The notes: a model not told the origin generated them from the sequence alone. 64,000 nucleotides of DNA from Octopus vulgaris (GCA_951406725.2 OX597831.1:42718001-42782000), one strand, 5' to 3'. Shown: positions 26,941-39,267, numbered from the stretch's first letter. Numbers and translations are program-made.

Positions 26941-27944
26941 ATGACCGGAAGAGGAAGAAGTTGTGTCATACACATATATGTGCGTATGTGCATGTGCATG
27001 TGCACACGCGCTGTACATGTGTGTGTATATATCACTGTATTTAAAAGAATATGTAACACAGGTTTTGTGGTTTTTATATGGTTTACTCATGGAAGAATGG
27101 GTAGCGTCTATGATACGTAATATTTTAATCTTTTTCGAGGACTCTGAAACTGATGGGTTGAACAAACGAAGTTACCCTCAAACCTAAGCTCTACCTGAAT
27201 GCTTTCCACAAATGCACATTCAGCGAAAGATACTCAAGGTTTCAGATGGTAGTGTTAAACCGGATGAAGAGTTAAATCTCCCACTTCAGAACTGAAGGTA
27301 AAGAAATGGAACAAATACCACAAGGCACCTCTCCCGATGTCCACGCGTCTCTAGCGATGCTCTGTCCTGGAATGGTGCATTATCAACCCCGAAAGGATGA
27401 AAGGTGAAGTTGATCTGGACGGAATTCGAACTTGGAGAAGCAGAACTTGGAGAAGCTGAACAAATATCACCAAAGCATTTTGTTAAAGGCTCTAAAGACT
27501 CCTCCATTTAAAAATGAACTGTTATTGTTTGTTTAACCCTGTCTTGATGCATCAACGGTATTCAAGCAGTAATCATCTTGTCTTTGATTAACAAATTATG
27601 TATTTAGAGCAATTTTATCATAATGAGAGGCAGAGAAAGAGAGAAGGGGAATAGGAGAGAAAAAGAGAGAAAGAGAAATAGCCTACGGCCAGTGAGTGAG
27701 ACAGGCAGTCAGGCGAGTAGACAGAGATATATTAAGACGAACAGAAGAAAGTGAAAGAGAAAAGGATGGCGAAATAAGAGAGTAAGAGCTGAACGAAGAT
27801 AAAGCTCTGAAATAGAGTGATATTTAGAGAGATAACGCTTCTTCAATTGACATCGAGTAAACCATAATAATTTTCTCTATGTTTCTGCAGTTAGAGCTCA
27901 AGAAGTTTCTCTGTGACTGAGAATTCTTCCATCTGTCTGACTTG

Positions 27945-28321
27945 TATGTGCATCTCTGATTATGAGCAGAATTAGTGGGGGAGCATCATAGCCGTGTGTT
28001 GATTGGAATTCTTTGGGGTTTGGATAATTCGCCTTTGGAAACATGGGTGGTTCGTTCAACATCCTTAAACAATCCTTTTGAGCGGGATGGGCTACTCGAC
28101 CTGAAGAAAATTCTAACTGGGCCCCACCTGCAAGATCATGCGCTGTTTATCTTGATATGAGATCACCATGTCGCGCACATATGGCATATGTTGTTTTTGT
28201 TGTTGTTGTTCTTGTTGGTGTTATTATTATTATTCTACATGTGCCTGGTTGGTGTACCCTTATCAAACAGGTAGTCATGATGGGTATACTGGGATTTGTA
28301 TATTTTACCCTAGTGCCACTC
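27945..28321 (+). mobile_element. 5'-truncated family E element followed by (TAA)n
   Basis: Matches the 3' two-thirds of 2780-3320; ends TTTTACCCTAGTGCCACTC-(AAT)n. Confidence 0.85.
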
Positions 28322-28340
28322 AATAATAATAATAATGATG

Positions 28341-28410
<70 letters not shown>

Positions 28411-28452
28411 TAATAAAAATCACAACAACAATACAGAAATGCAGCACGAGGC

Positions 28453-28503
28453 TTTGTCAGTGAACAGGTCGCGGTTTCAAAGCGACGAAAATATTTTGAC
28501 AAA
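28453..28503 (+). ncRNA. minimal type I hammerhead ribozyme fold with G3-C8 core variant
   Basis: Stem I TTTGTCA/TGACAAA (7 bp); core GTGAACA plus G; stem II GTCGC/GCGAC; GAA; palindromic stem III AATATT; H17=U. Confidence 0.65.
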
Positions 28504-28647
28504 TTAAATTTAAATGTTGAATTGAATCTAACGGTTTTGTGTGTTTCTTAAATGGCTTATAAACACCTTCCACGCTGCAATTGTTTTCGTTCCAGGACAC
28601 GATCTCAGATCAAGTCACTCGCTATGCAAGTACATCTCCATAAAATG

Positions 28648-28714
<67 letters not shown>

Positions 28715-28715
<1 letters not shown>

Positions 28716-29050
28716 TGCAATAACTTGGAATATGAAAAAGTGTTGTTGTAAGAGTTTGGAATATGATAAGTGCAAAGGTTGTGTTTATAATAATTGGTGC
28801 ATTGGGAACAGTTAGCAAAGATATAGACAAATTGTTAAGAGAGATTGGAATAGAATGTCCAGTATGGCTTCTACAGAAAGTTTGTCTCTTAGGGACAGGA
28901 AAGATTATCAGGAGGGTTCCATGCAGTTGAAGCCCTATTGGAAACTAGTGGAGACCTAACGTTACAAGCAGTAACTCTCTACTCACATAAATCCAGCCAG
29001 GAATAAGAAGACCGGGCCTGAGTCAAATTTAAAAACAAAAAAGTAATAAT
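28715..29050 (+). mobile_element. 3' end of an R4/Dong-clade non-LTR retrotransposon
   Basis: Translates VRVWNMISAKVVFIIIGALGTVSKDIDKLLREIGIECPVWLLQKVCLLGTGKIIRRV, the characteristic R4 C-terminus; flanked by (TAA)n on both sides. Confidence 0.85.
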
Positions 29051-29299
29051 AATGACTTCAAATTTTGGCACAAGGCCAGCAATTTCAGAGGAGGGGGTGA
29101 TCAATTACATCGACAGGCACTTATTCAACAGGCACTTATTTTATCGCCCCCAAAATGATGAAAGGCAAAGTCGACCTCGGCGTTATTTGAACGTAAAGAC
29201 AGGTGAATTGTTATCAAGTATTTTCTCCCGCTTCTGCCAACTCGTAGAATAATTATAATTATGATAAAAACAACAACAACAATAATAATAATAATAATA

Positions 29300-30278
29300 A
29301 ACGGAAAAGCAACGACAAAAATCGTGGAACAGCTAAATCTAAACTGGAATTGGAACTACAGAATGCCATAATAAAATGATGTCAGGAAAAGTCGTACGTG
29401 GCCAATACTGCAAGAAATTGAAGAGAATGAGAAGAGACAAATAAAAAAAAAACAATAAATAAACTGGTTGTGAAGCGCGTGAGTTGAAAAGATAGACAGA
29501 ATGTTTCTTTATTTTGGCATAGGACCAAAGCTTTCCCACGAGAAACCACCAAAAGTATATAATGAAGCAGATCATAGTAAATAACTACAGAATAGGTGGC
29601 GATGGGGGAGAAACAATTAAGTGCATTATCAGTGACTACTTTGTTGTAACAAAGAAAGAATTCTACAAACACAGGAGAATTAAAACTTAGATACAATGGA
29701 AATTATAACAGCATTATGAAATAGCATGAGAAAAGAGATAGTATACACATAAACCAGAGAAGGTCTCCGAAAATGGTAATGTAATCATAGTCTGGGACAC
29801 ACCAAAGCATACACTCAAGGACAACAAGGCTAACCGACCAGATATTGTTGTCAAGGATGAACTAGGAAAAGAAATGCCTTCTAACCGATATATCAGTTGC
29901 AGCCGATTATAATGTATTTCTAAAATGGATGGATAAATTATTTAGATACAAAAATCTAGAAAAAAAGATAACCCAAATGGAGTGGAGTGACCCGAAAACA
30001 GAAGCAATCTCCATAATTATAAATACTCTAGCAATTATTAAAACCACGCAGACAAATACGTAACGACAAACTCAGGGCTTACAATTATGCATAACATTCG
30101 GAAAATAACATTGTGAGTCACCATGCACACACATGTAGGGCACTTTCAATACAGTAAAATAACAGAACTTAAACAAAATATAGGACATAACAAACGTTCA
30201 CTGAGCTCTACCCGGTAGAGCAGAGAAAGCGCGCAATAAAATATATAAGACGGCTGAATAGTAATGATAATGATAATA
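29300..30278 (+). mobile_element. decayed R4/Dong-clade LINE: post-RT region, zinc-knuckle remnant, restriction-like endonuclease and 3' UTR
   Basis: Frames give ECFFILA*DQSFPTRNHQKYIMK, GETIKCIISD, YTHKPEKVSENGNVIIVWDTPKHTLKDNKANRPDIVVKD and CLLTDISVAADYNVFLKWMDKLFRYKNLE (PD..D/K RLE motif); stops and frameshifts. Confidence 0.88.
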
Positions 30279-30279
30279 A

Positions 30280-30930
30280 CCCTTTCTGCTATAGGCACAA
30301 GGCCTGAAATTTTGAGGGGAGGGGACTAGTCGATTACACCGACCCCAGTGTTTTACTGGCACTTAATTTATTGACACCGAAAAGATGAAAGGCAAAGTCA
30401 ACCTCTGTGGAATTTGAACTCAAAACATAGCGACGGGCGAAATACCTATTTCTTTACTACCCACAAGGGGCTAAACACAGAAGGGACAAATAAGGACAGA
30501 CAAACGGATTAAGTCGATTATATCGACCCCAGTGCGTAACTGGTACTTATTTAATCGACCCCAAAAGGATGAAAGGCAAAGTCGACCTCGGAGGAATTTG
30601 AACTCAGAACGTAGCAACAGACGAAATACTGCTGGGCATTTCGCCCGGCGTGCTAACGATTCTGCCAGCTCGCTGCCTTCTTAATAATAATAACAACAAC
30701 AACAACAACAATAATAATAATAATAATAATGGGTCGGTAGATTCGTTAACATGCCGGGGAAAATGCATAGCGGCATATTGTCCGCCCTTACACTCTGAGT
30801 CAAAATTCCGCTGAGGTTGACCTTGCTTTTCATCCTTTCGGGGTCGATGAAATAAGTACCAGTTACACACTGTGGTCGAAGTAATCGACTAGCCTCCTTC
30901 CCCCAAAATCTTCAAGGCCTTGTGCTTAGA

Positions 30931-30935
<5 letters not shown>
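30280..30935. mobile_element. family A dimer (minus, 30280-30680) and inverted A2 copy (plus, 30730-30935)
   Basis: Junction GCGAAATACCTATTTCTTTAC near 30437; heads separated by (AAT/AAC)n. Confidence 0.9.
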
Positions 30936-30975
<40 letters not shown>

Positions 30976-30996
30976 GTACTATTATTATTATTATTA

Positions 30997-31052
<56 letters not shown>

Positions 31053-31373
31053 TAACTTGGTAGCGTATTTAAGAATCGATTATTTCATGTGTCCCTTTTT
31101 ATGTCTTTATGCTATGGTATGGCTTGAAGGGAGATTTAGTTTATGTTTCTGGCAGATCGTATGACGACATAGAAGTTCCCCCGCTATGCGGTCACTCGAT
31201 CTACATCCTACACACCGTTGGTTGGTGATAATTAATGATTGCTAGATTCAGTGTATGCGACAGTTAGCTCAGGCAACGTTTGTTTCACTGTCTTGTAATT
31301 TATACGAGGTGATGCGATACGACGGTTTAAGAAGAGAACGGTATGGGTGATACGGAAGGCTATTAAGAGACGC

Positions 31374-31375
<2 letters not shown>

Positions 31376-31452
<77 letters not shown>

Positions 31453-31456
31453 CCGG

Positions 31457-31515
<59 letters not shown>
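31376..31515. repeat. (GATA)n array
   Basis: Read directly. Confidence 0.97.
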
Positions 31516-31516
<1 letters not shown>

Positions 31517-32290
31517 GAAGAAGAGCGGAAGAAAGACAAATGATTTGTGTATGTATGTGTGTATGTATATATGTCTTCAGTTGCTTTTGTCATTTATATA
31601 TCATTTCTCCACCGACTTATTTCCCATCACATCCTTAGTTCTCGCGATAATATCGTTGATCTCTTTCCGCCACCTCAGTTTATTTCTTTCCTGTCTTTGC
31701 TCTTATTCTCTTCCACCATAGTCTCTCTCTATCTCTCACTCTGTCTCTCTATCGCTCTTTCTCTATTTCTCTTTCTCTCTGTCTCTCACCTGATTTTAAT
31801 TTTTTCTTTTTCCGATTAATCAAATATCTTAGTGATTATCATAAATAACATGTAGCATCAATTAAATGTGAACAGCCTGAGTCTAAAGCTTTTTTTTTTT
31901 TCTATGTGGGCGAAGTATACGTTTTGTGTTGTCACATAGTCGTTAAAGTGTCAGCTAGAACGCCTTGCGATATTTTTTCTGGCTTTCCGCAGTTTGAGTT
32001 CAAATCCTGGCGACGTCACCTCGGACTTTCAGCATTTTGAGGCGAATAAATAAATAACAATTACTGGGGTTGCTTTTCTTTCTCTTTCAGACTTTCTTGC
32101 TCCCTTTCCTTTGGGCAGAAATTGGTTGTATTTAAACCTACGGAGAGATGAGCTTCGCCTCATATAAAATGTTAAGCGCATACTGCAAGTCCCAAAAGCA
32201 CATCTGTGATTCCTTTGGGAGATGAGGGCTCATGGAAGAAAAGAAGAACTTCTATGTATTGCTCACCTGGGGCAGCGGTATCTCGTTTTA

Positions 32291-32454
32291 TAGGTGCAGG
32301 AGTGACTGTGAGGTAAGTAGCTTGCTTACAAACCACATGGTTCAGGGTTCAGTCCCACTGAGTGGCACCTTGGGCAAGTGTCTTCTACTATAGCCTCGGG
32401 CCGACCAAAGCCTTGCGAGTGGATTTGGCAGACGGAAACTGAAAGAAGCCCGTC

Positions 32455-32502
<48 letters not shown>

Positions 32503-32506
32503 TATG

Positions 32507-32552
<46 letters not shown>

Positions 32553-32770
32553 TGTATATGTTTGTGTGTCTGTGTTTGTCTCCCCCCACCATCGCTTGAC
32601 AACTGATGGTCGTGTGTTTACGTCCCCGTAACCTAGCGGTTCGGCATAAGAGAACGATAAAATAAGTACTAGGCTTATAAAGAATAAGTCCTGGGGTCGA
32701 TTTGTTCAACTAAAGGCGGTGCTCCAGCATAGGCGCAGTCAAATGACTGAAGCAAGTAAAAGAGTAAAAT
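32291..32770 (+). mobile_element. full-length SINE family B with internal (TA)n
   Basis: TAGGTGCAGGAGTGACTGTGAGGTAAG head through GTAAAAGAGTAAAA tail. Confidence 0.95.
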
Positions 32771-32823
32771 AGTGTGTCATGTGATGTCACTTTGCAGAAC
32801 TTCTCTTATGATAGCTTCGTGAC

Positions 32824-33003
32824 CAGTGGTGTAGCTAGAGTGGGTGCGGCCCGGAGCAGTACTTGATTTGCCTCCCCACAGACAAACCTCCCTGCCCAAG
32901 CCTAGAAAGGGTTATACAATAGACCCAAAAGAGCCGCACTCCTTTAAAAGCGTCTCTCAAAGTGGACCGTCCCATTTACCCCTTCTCCTAGCTAGGCCCA
33001 ATT
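32824..33003 (+). mobile_element. degenerate MITE with CAGTGGTGTAGCTAG terminus
   Basis: Left TIR CAGTGGTGTAGCTAG, right CTAGCTAGGCCCAATT (imperfect); second copy at 19593-19757. Confidence 0.55.
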
Positions 33004-33257
33004 ATCGAGTGATACTGTGTGAAAGCCCATCTGTTGAGCTGCATTTGTGATTCGAATGCCCAGCCTTGTCTCTGCCACATGGTGTGTCGAGGTGGGTCTC
33101 TCCGATACCCGGATAGTGTGAAATAGCCACTTATGTTATACAATAAAGCAGGTGACCCTGGTTATAGGACAACTAGAACGAACATCGCCGAAAGCGATGT
33201 GAGATCCGTTCGTTCGATGTGCAGCTTTCAAAACATATGCATGTACATGGTTTATAC

Positions 33258-33595
33258 ATGGCCGGATGGTTAAAAGTCTCGTTTCGCAATCACGAAGTCG
33301 CACGTTCGATACGATTCTGTGGAGTGTGTCTTTTACTATAACTTCGAGTTAGTCCAAACTCAGTAGACGGAAACTGCACGGAAGCTCGTCAGATTGATTC
33401 TGCCAGTAATTCTAAAGTCCAGTCCCCTACATTCAGTGTCTCGTCGCTTTTGCATGAAGATTACGTTAAAGACATACATGTCTTTGGAATATTCAGCCAT
33501 TTACATGGCTCAGTGGTTAGAGCGAAAGTCTAACAATCGTGAGATAGTGAGTTCGATTCCTGGACCGGGCTGTGCGTTATGTTCTTGAGCACCTC
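33258..33595 (+). mobile_element. old SINE with family B head and family C tail, then a D-type head fragment
   Basis: GTAGACGGAAACTG...GAAGCTCGTC (B) runs into GATTACGTTAAAGACATACATGTCTTTGGAATATTCAGCCATTTACA (C); TGGCTCAGTGGTTAGAG head from 33505. Confidence 0.6.
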
Positions 33596-33850
33596 GGTGG
33601 CTTTTATTTCAGTACAGCCTAAACATGCTTATACAGCAGAACCTAAAGTTCCGTCCACATAAGAGCGTCACCCTAGGCATATCATCACCCACTAATCCAG
33701 CTCCGATTTATACATAATGTTTGTTATACGTAAGTATGGATACTTGAAACGAAGTAAGTAATTGGCTTATAATGATTTTCTTCATTTCTAAATTTTTTTA
33801 ACTTTTGAACACAGATTGTATAAAACTTTCCATACAAAGTGCACCAATAA

Positions 33851-33902
<52 letters not shown>

Positions 33903-34457
33903 GAGTGAGAGAGCAGTGCATGCCATCAAAGTTACACTGGGGTAAAATATACAAAGCCCAATATACCCATCATGACTACCCGTCTGATAAGGGTACACTA
34001 GGCACATGCATCACAACCATATGTGCGCGACATGGTGATCTCATATCAAAATAAACAGCACATGACCTTGCAGGTGGGGCCCAGTTAGAATTTTCTTCAG
34101 GTTGAGTAGCCCATCCCGCTCAAAAGGTCCCTGAATAAGGGTTGTTTAAGGATGTTGAAAGAACCACCCATGTTTCCAGAGGTGAATTATTCAAACCCCA
34201 AAGAATTCCTCTCAACACATGGCTATGATGCTCCCCCACTACTTCTGCTCGTGATCAGAGATGCACATAACGTCAGCCACTAAGGGACATGTTCAACTGG
34301 TTAAGGTCAAACAACTGACAAGCAAATCTGTGGTATTGAGCAGAATATTTGCTGTAGCCCATCTCTTATACCAAGACAAAACAATGTACATGATAACACT
34401 TCCAATCAGTTAAGATCAGAAGCCACGAGAGCCACTGCCTGGTACTGCATCAGGGCA
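33903..34457 (-). mobile_element. full-length family E element in (TTA)n
   Basis: Reverse complement of 2780-3320; (TTA)n on both sides. Confidence 0.9.
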
Positions 34458-34479
34458 TTTATTATTATTATTATTATTA

Positions 34480-34546
<67 letters not shown>

Positions 34547-34662
34547 TTTCCCTGCGGATAGTGTGAGTAATTTAATGTTTTGATCTCCAGTACATCACGA
34601 AATCTAAAAGATTGAGAATCACTGGCGTACTCTAGGGTGTAAGCAGTAACTGCATATATATG

Positions 34663-34699
<37 letters not shown>

Positions 34700-35060
34700 A
34701 AAAGTGCGTATGTGTATATGCCTATACGTGTGTGTGTATGTGTGTATACACACACACACATAGGCATATACACGCACATTCGTACGTATATATATTTATG
34801 TATGTATGTATGTATGTATGCATGCATGCATGTCTGTATGTCTGTATGTATGTATGTATGTATGTATGTATGTATGTATGCATGCACGTATGCATGTATG
34901 TATGCATGTATGTATGTATGTATGTGTGTAGATTTGTTTCGGGGGTTTGAAAAGGAATCTGAATCTCAAAATGTATTGTCGGTTTAAAATTTTGTGATAG
35001 ATTTATTCAAATACTAAACCGATTCCCCTACATTCTTTCCTGCGTGGGAATATATTTTCT

Positions 35061-35115
<55 letters not shown>

Positions 35116-35124
<9 letters not shown>

Positions 35125-35250
35125 GGCAGAGACAGGTGTGGGAATAACAAGCAGGTGTATTAGTTTAATGCTTGGGACAAATGGAAAAGTCTTTGACGTT
35201 TCGAGCCTGTGATCATCGATAGAAAAGGATGAGAGGGAGAAAATGGAGAA
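35116..35250 (-). mobile_element. short hammerhead-bearing element (degenerate fold 35190-35227)
   Basis: Minus GGCTCGAAACGTCAAAGAC plus downstream similarity to 35981-36183; ends at (TA)n. Confidence 0.6.
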
Positions 35251-35436
35251 GGGGTAGAGAGACAGGGGGAGGGAGGGAGAAAGAGAGAGTGAGAGAGAAA
35301 GAGAGAGAGAAAGAGCGAGAGGAAGAGAGAGAGAAAGATGGAAAGAAAGAGAGAGAGTGAAAGAGGGAGATAAAGACAGAGAGTGATAGAGAGAAAACGG
35401 CAAGAGAAAAAAATATGTTGGGATTAACGACTCCCC

Positions 35437-35488
<52 letters not shown>

Positions 35489-35514
35489 GGGGAGTCATTA
35501 ATCCAAACATATTT

Positions 35515-35548
<34 letters not shown>

Positions 35549-35549
35549 C

Positions 35550-35598
<49 letters not shown>

Positions 35599-35980
35599 AA
35601 TAATCAAATAACAGAAACAGTACTGACAGTGACTCTGATATTCAGCCTGCTTTTGCTTAAATCAGAAACTTCGAAATCACACTCAACACTCTTCGTGTTA
35701 AAGAATAATAGATATATACTCAGCAAAATGCATTGACTCATTCTTCAGTTTAATGTAAAGTTGTTTTTATTTATAACTCGGTATAGAAACATTGCTTTTA
35801 TGTTATAATAAAAATAGTCTTCGAAGTCACTGTCAATATCATATTGTTCTTGTTAAAGGATATGTGTGTGTTTGTTTGCGTGTTTGTGAGTATATATATA
35901 TATATAGATATATATGTGTGTGTATATATATATGTGTATACATACATATACATACATACATACATACATACATATACATA

Positions 35981-36182
35981 TGATAGACCGTTAGCTCCTA
36001 CACGCATTTTTTTCTCTCCTTGTTTCTCTCTTTGTTTCTTTTCTGTGTATCTTTCTGTCAAAGAGCGCAGGCTCGAAACGTAAAAGACCTGTTCTGTTTC
36101 TATTCCTGAGCGCCATACTAATACATTTGTTTGTTTGTACTCCACCTGCCTTCGTCTTGTGTTTATTTTCGTAAACCTTCCC

Positions 36183-36183
<1 letters not shown>
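35981..36183 (+). mobile_element. ~200-bp hammerhead-bearing Penelope-type element ending in (TA)n (HHR fold 36050-36087)
   Basis: TCTTT-CTGTCAA-A-GAGC GCAG GCTC-GAA-ACGT-A-AAAGA; near-identical to 49897-50103. Confidence 0.75.
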
Positions 36184-36227
<44 letters not shown>

Positions 36228-36905
36228 TAGTAAATCTGTTATGTGTACATATGTATGAATATATAGCTGTGTAAATTGTATACTAGCAATATATATTCAG
36301 TATGTGTACCGAAATAATAGCATTGTAAGATGCATTAATGTTTCAATAACTCTTACTCCTTATGGTATTGTAGAGAGAAAAACATCCCAGGAAACCCAAA
36401 GGAAATTTTATTAATGTCACTCTAAATAAAGATTTCAATAACTCTGTACTCCTTATGGTATTGTAGAAATAAAACGACTTTATGGCACAGGTACAGAAAT
36501 TTATGTTCATGAGCCAGGATAACTGGGTAAATAGTTTTAGAGTTCAGTACTGAAACAGCTGTTTCTTGGTGTTTCATGCTCTAGAACTCAATAAATGGCG
36601 AAGTTTTTGAAAGCAGCTGTCAGGTATGCTGAGAACATTTACACATGTAATATTCGTGTGGAGAAGGCAGCAATATAGAAAAATCTAGTGTACTGTTTCT
36701 CAGAGACTCTTCAAGTTGCCCGATCTAACGAATCACTATGATTCATCTTTGGTGTCTTTAAGTTTTGGAGAAAAGGAGAAAAATATCAGAACCAGTATCA
36801 GAGAAAGCCTAAACCAAATAAAATGTTTTCAAGTCTATTGAATATCCCGGATATTGATCTCAAACATTAGCGCAAGTTCAATTTTCAAATTAAACAACAA
36901 CAGCC

Positions 36906-36931
<26 letters not shown>

Positions 36932-36936
<5 letters not shown>

Positions 36937-37130
36937 TATATTAAATTAGAGATGAAACCACTATTAAGCAAATCATACAATGAAAAACGTAAGCCAATAC
37001 ATAAGATTAATTAATTTATATTATTTAAATATATATCAAATAATATAAATTAATTAATCTTATGTATTGGCTAGTTTTTCATTCTATGATTTGCCTAATA
37101 GTGGTTTTATCTCTAATTTAATATAATATA
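36932..37130. repeat. long inverted repeat, about 93-bp arms with 11-bp spacer
   Basis: 36932-37026 is the reverse complement of 37038-37130 with about three mismatches and a 2-nt indel; the unit lies between (TA)n arrays. Confidence 0.9.
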
Positions 37131-37203
37131 ATATTTTACTATAAAATTGGATTCAATCCAAAATCTGATTTTTCCTGTAAGTTTGGATTTATTCCCTAAT
37201 ATT

Positions 37204-37261
<58 letters not shown>

Positions 37262-37564
37262 CGTTTCGTTTTCCGTTAACTGACTTCACGTTTTTCTGTA
37301 ACTCAGAAGTCATCCAACAACATATGACATGGCTCAGAACAACGCAAAAGCCCCGGTGCATTGATTTTATTCTATTTGTAATTAATTTTAATTAATCAAA
37401 ATTTCGGCAAATTTCTGCCTTGCCTTTCTGACCACAATTAATCGGTTGGGTAATGTTTCTTTCTTTTTTATCATTAAGGGTGTAACTTTTTTAATAATTA
37501 AAATGCCTTGGATTTGCAACATTATGTGTGTTAGCACTGACTTTACTACTTCCTTTTCTTGCAG

Positions 37565-37663
37565 AGCGCGTTTCTGTGTGTCTTCTTTCTTTCTTAGGCA
37601 TTATTTTAACATACTACATGTTTAACAGAGCTGAGCTGCTTACCCTGGTATCCAAATACTGAG
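37565..37663 (+). other. candidate 99-nt exon
   Basis: Branch-like CTGAC, polypyrimidine TTCCTTTTCTTGCAG acceptor, donor GAG/GTGAGA; all three frames contain a stop. Confidence 0.3.
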
Positions 37664-38130
37664 GTGAGATGGGCTACATAAGTTGGATAGATGAAATTGT
37701 GTTAGTTTGATCTCAAGCTATATTTTATAGTCTCGAGAGAATGGGAGAGAGCGGGAAATAGGGGGAAGTGAGAGAAGGGCATAGCAAGAAGAAAAAGAAG
37801 CAAACAAACAAACAAACAAAAAGAGACAGAATGATAGAAAAACAGCAGAGCGATAACGCTAAAGATAAAGATGGAGAGTCATAACTCTACCAAGTCGACT
37901 GGTTCTGAAATCTGATTTTTCTTTGATTTGTCTTTGAGATATTTTAGTGAAAATAAAGTTTACATTGGAGAATCTAGCAATCCATTAAAGATTAAAGGGC
38001 GTTTTCATTTTATTTTGTTATTTATAGTAGATATTTCAAATTCCATACTATGATCTATGCACATATCTACGTATTCATCCATTTCCCTCAAAAAACAAAA
38101 AGAAAAAGAAAAAGAAATAGATAGTTAAAT

Positions 38131-38530
38131 TACTCTCTTTTACTCTTTTACTCTTTTACTTGTTTCAGTCATTTGACTGCGTGACATCTGGAGCAAGTGT
38201 CTAATCGAGCAACTCGACCCCGGGAGCTTCGAGCCCATGTACTTATTCTATGTCTCTTTTTGAACCGCTAAGTAACGGGGACATAAACACACCAGCATCG
38301 GTTGTCAATATATATATACGGGGATATATACACATACACACACGCATATATATATATATATATATATATGTATATGACGGTATGTGTTTGTGTTCTGTGT
38401 TTGTCCCCCTAGCAAATCCACTCACAAGGCTTTGTTTATGTCGGCCCGAGGCTATAGTCAAGAAGACACTTGCCCAAGGTGCTACGCAGTGGGACTGAAC
38501 CCGGAACCATGTAGTTGGTAAACAAGCTAT
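38131..38530 (-). mobile_element. SINE family B (rearranged)
   Basis: (CTTTTA)n tail and family B body on the minus strand. Confidence 0.85.
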
Positions 38531-38643
38531 GATCATATTTTTTCTTATTACTCCAGTGTTTTTCTTCTTCTTTCGGTTTATCTCCTCTTGGTACCATACA
38601 TTCTTCAGTATTAAATGTTCTGTCTTTACTAAGCTGTTCTATA

Positions 38644-38900
38644 ATAATAAATAAATGCGTCTTTTTAAAGCCTAGCCAGGCTCATGGACCCGGTTTCCCG
38701 GTTTCAATGGCGTTTGTGTTCCCCAGCTGGATGGGACGCCAGTCCATCGCAGCGTTACTCATTTTTGCCAGCTGAGTGGACTGGAGCAACGTGAAATAAA
38801 GTGTTTTGCTCAACAAAAAGCGTCACCCGGTCCAGGAATCGAAACCACAATCTTACGATCATCATGCTGACACCCTAACCACTAAGCCGCGCGCCTCCAC
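38644..38900 (-). mobile_element. full-length SINE family D
   Basis: Minus GTGGAGGCGCGCGGCTTAGTGGTTAGGG head, GCGATGGACTGGCGTCCCATCCAG motif; target site duplication AAGCTGTTCTATA (38631-38643) / AAGCTATTCTATA (38901-38913). Confidence 0.92.
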
Positions 38901-38968
38901 AAGCTATTCTATATTTTTCCTAAATTAATACGTTACGCCATTTTTCAATCGGCCTTTCTATCTGTTTC

Positions 38969-39036
<68 letters not shown>

Positions 39037-39186
39037 CACATGTATATAGGGCGAAAGATTAAAAAATACGACGACGAGATGAAAAGACAAACAAACAGAG
39101 TGTATTAGGTTTACGCTCTGGAAAAATAGAATGGAGAGTCTCTCACGTTTTGAATATACGCTCCTCTGCAGAAAGAAAAGGCGACG

Positions 39187-39267
<81 letters not shown>

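Noticed and set aside
33505-33575. tRNA gene candidate with A and B boxes (also heads at 598, 42525 and 51458)
   Set aside because: No acceptor stem closure; each runs into a multi-copy SINE body
34543-34655. Minus-strand peptide AVTAYTLEYASDSQSFRFRDVLEIKTLNYSHYPQGK as an exon
   Set aside because: Acceptor lacks a polypyrimidine tract, donor is weak and there is no recognisable motif
24575-36625. Further hammerhead halves (GAAACAGCTG near 24585-24595 minus and 36552-36562; CTGAAGA at 23343; 42470-42500)
   Set aside because: Only one half of the core is recognisable or the stems do not pair; probably decayed Penelope termini but not supportable individually
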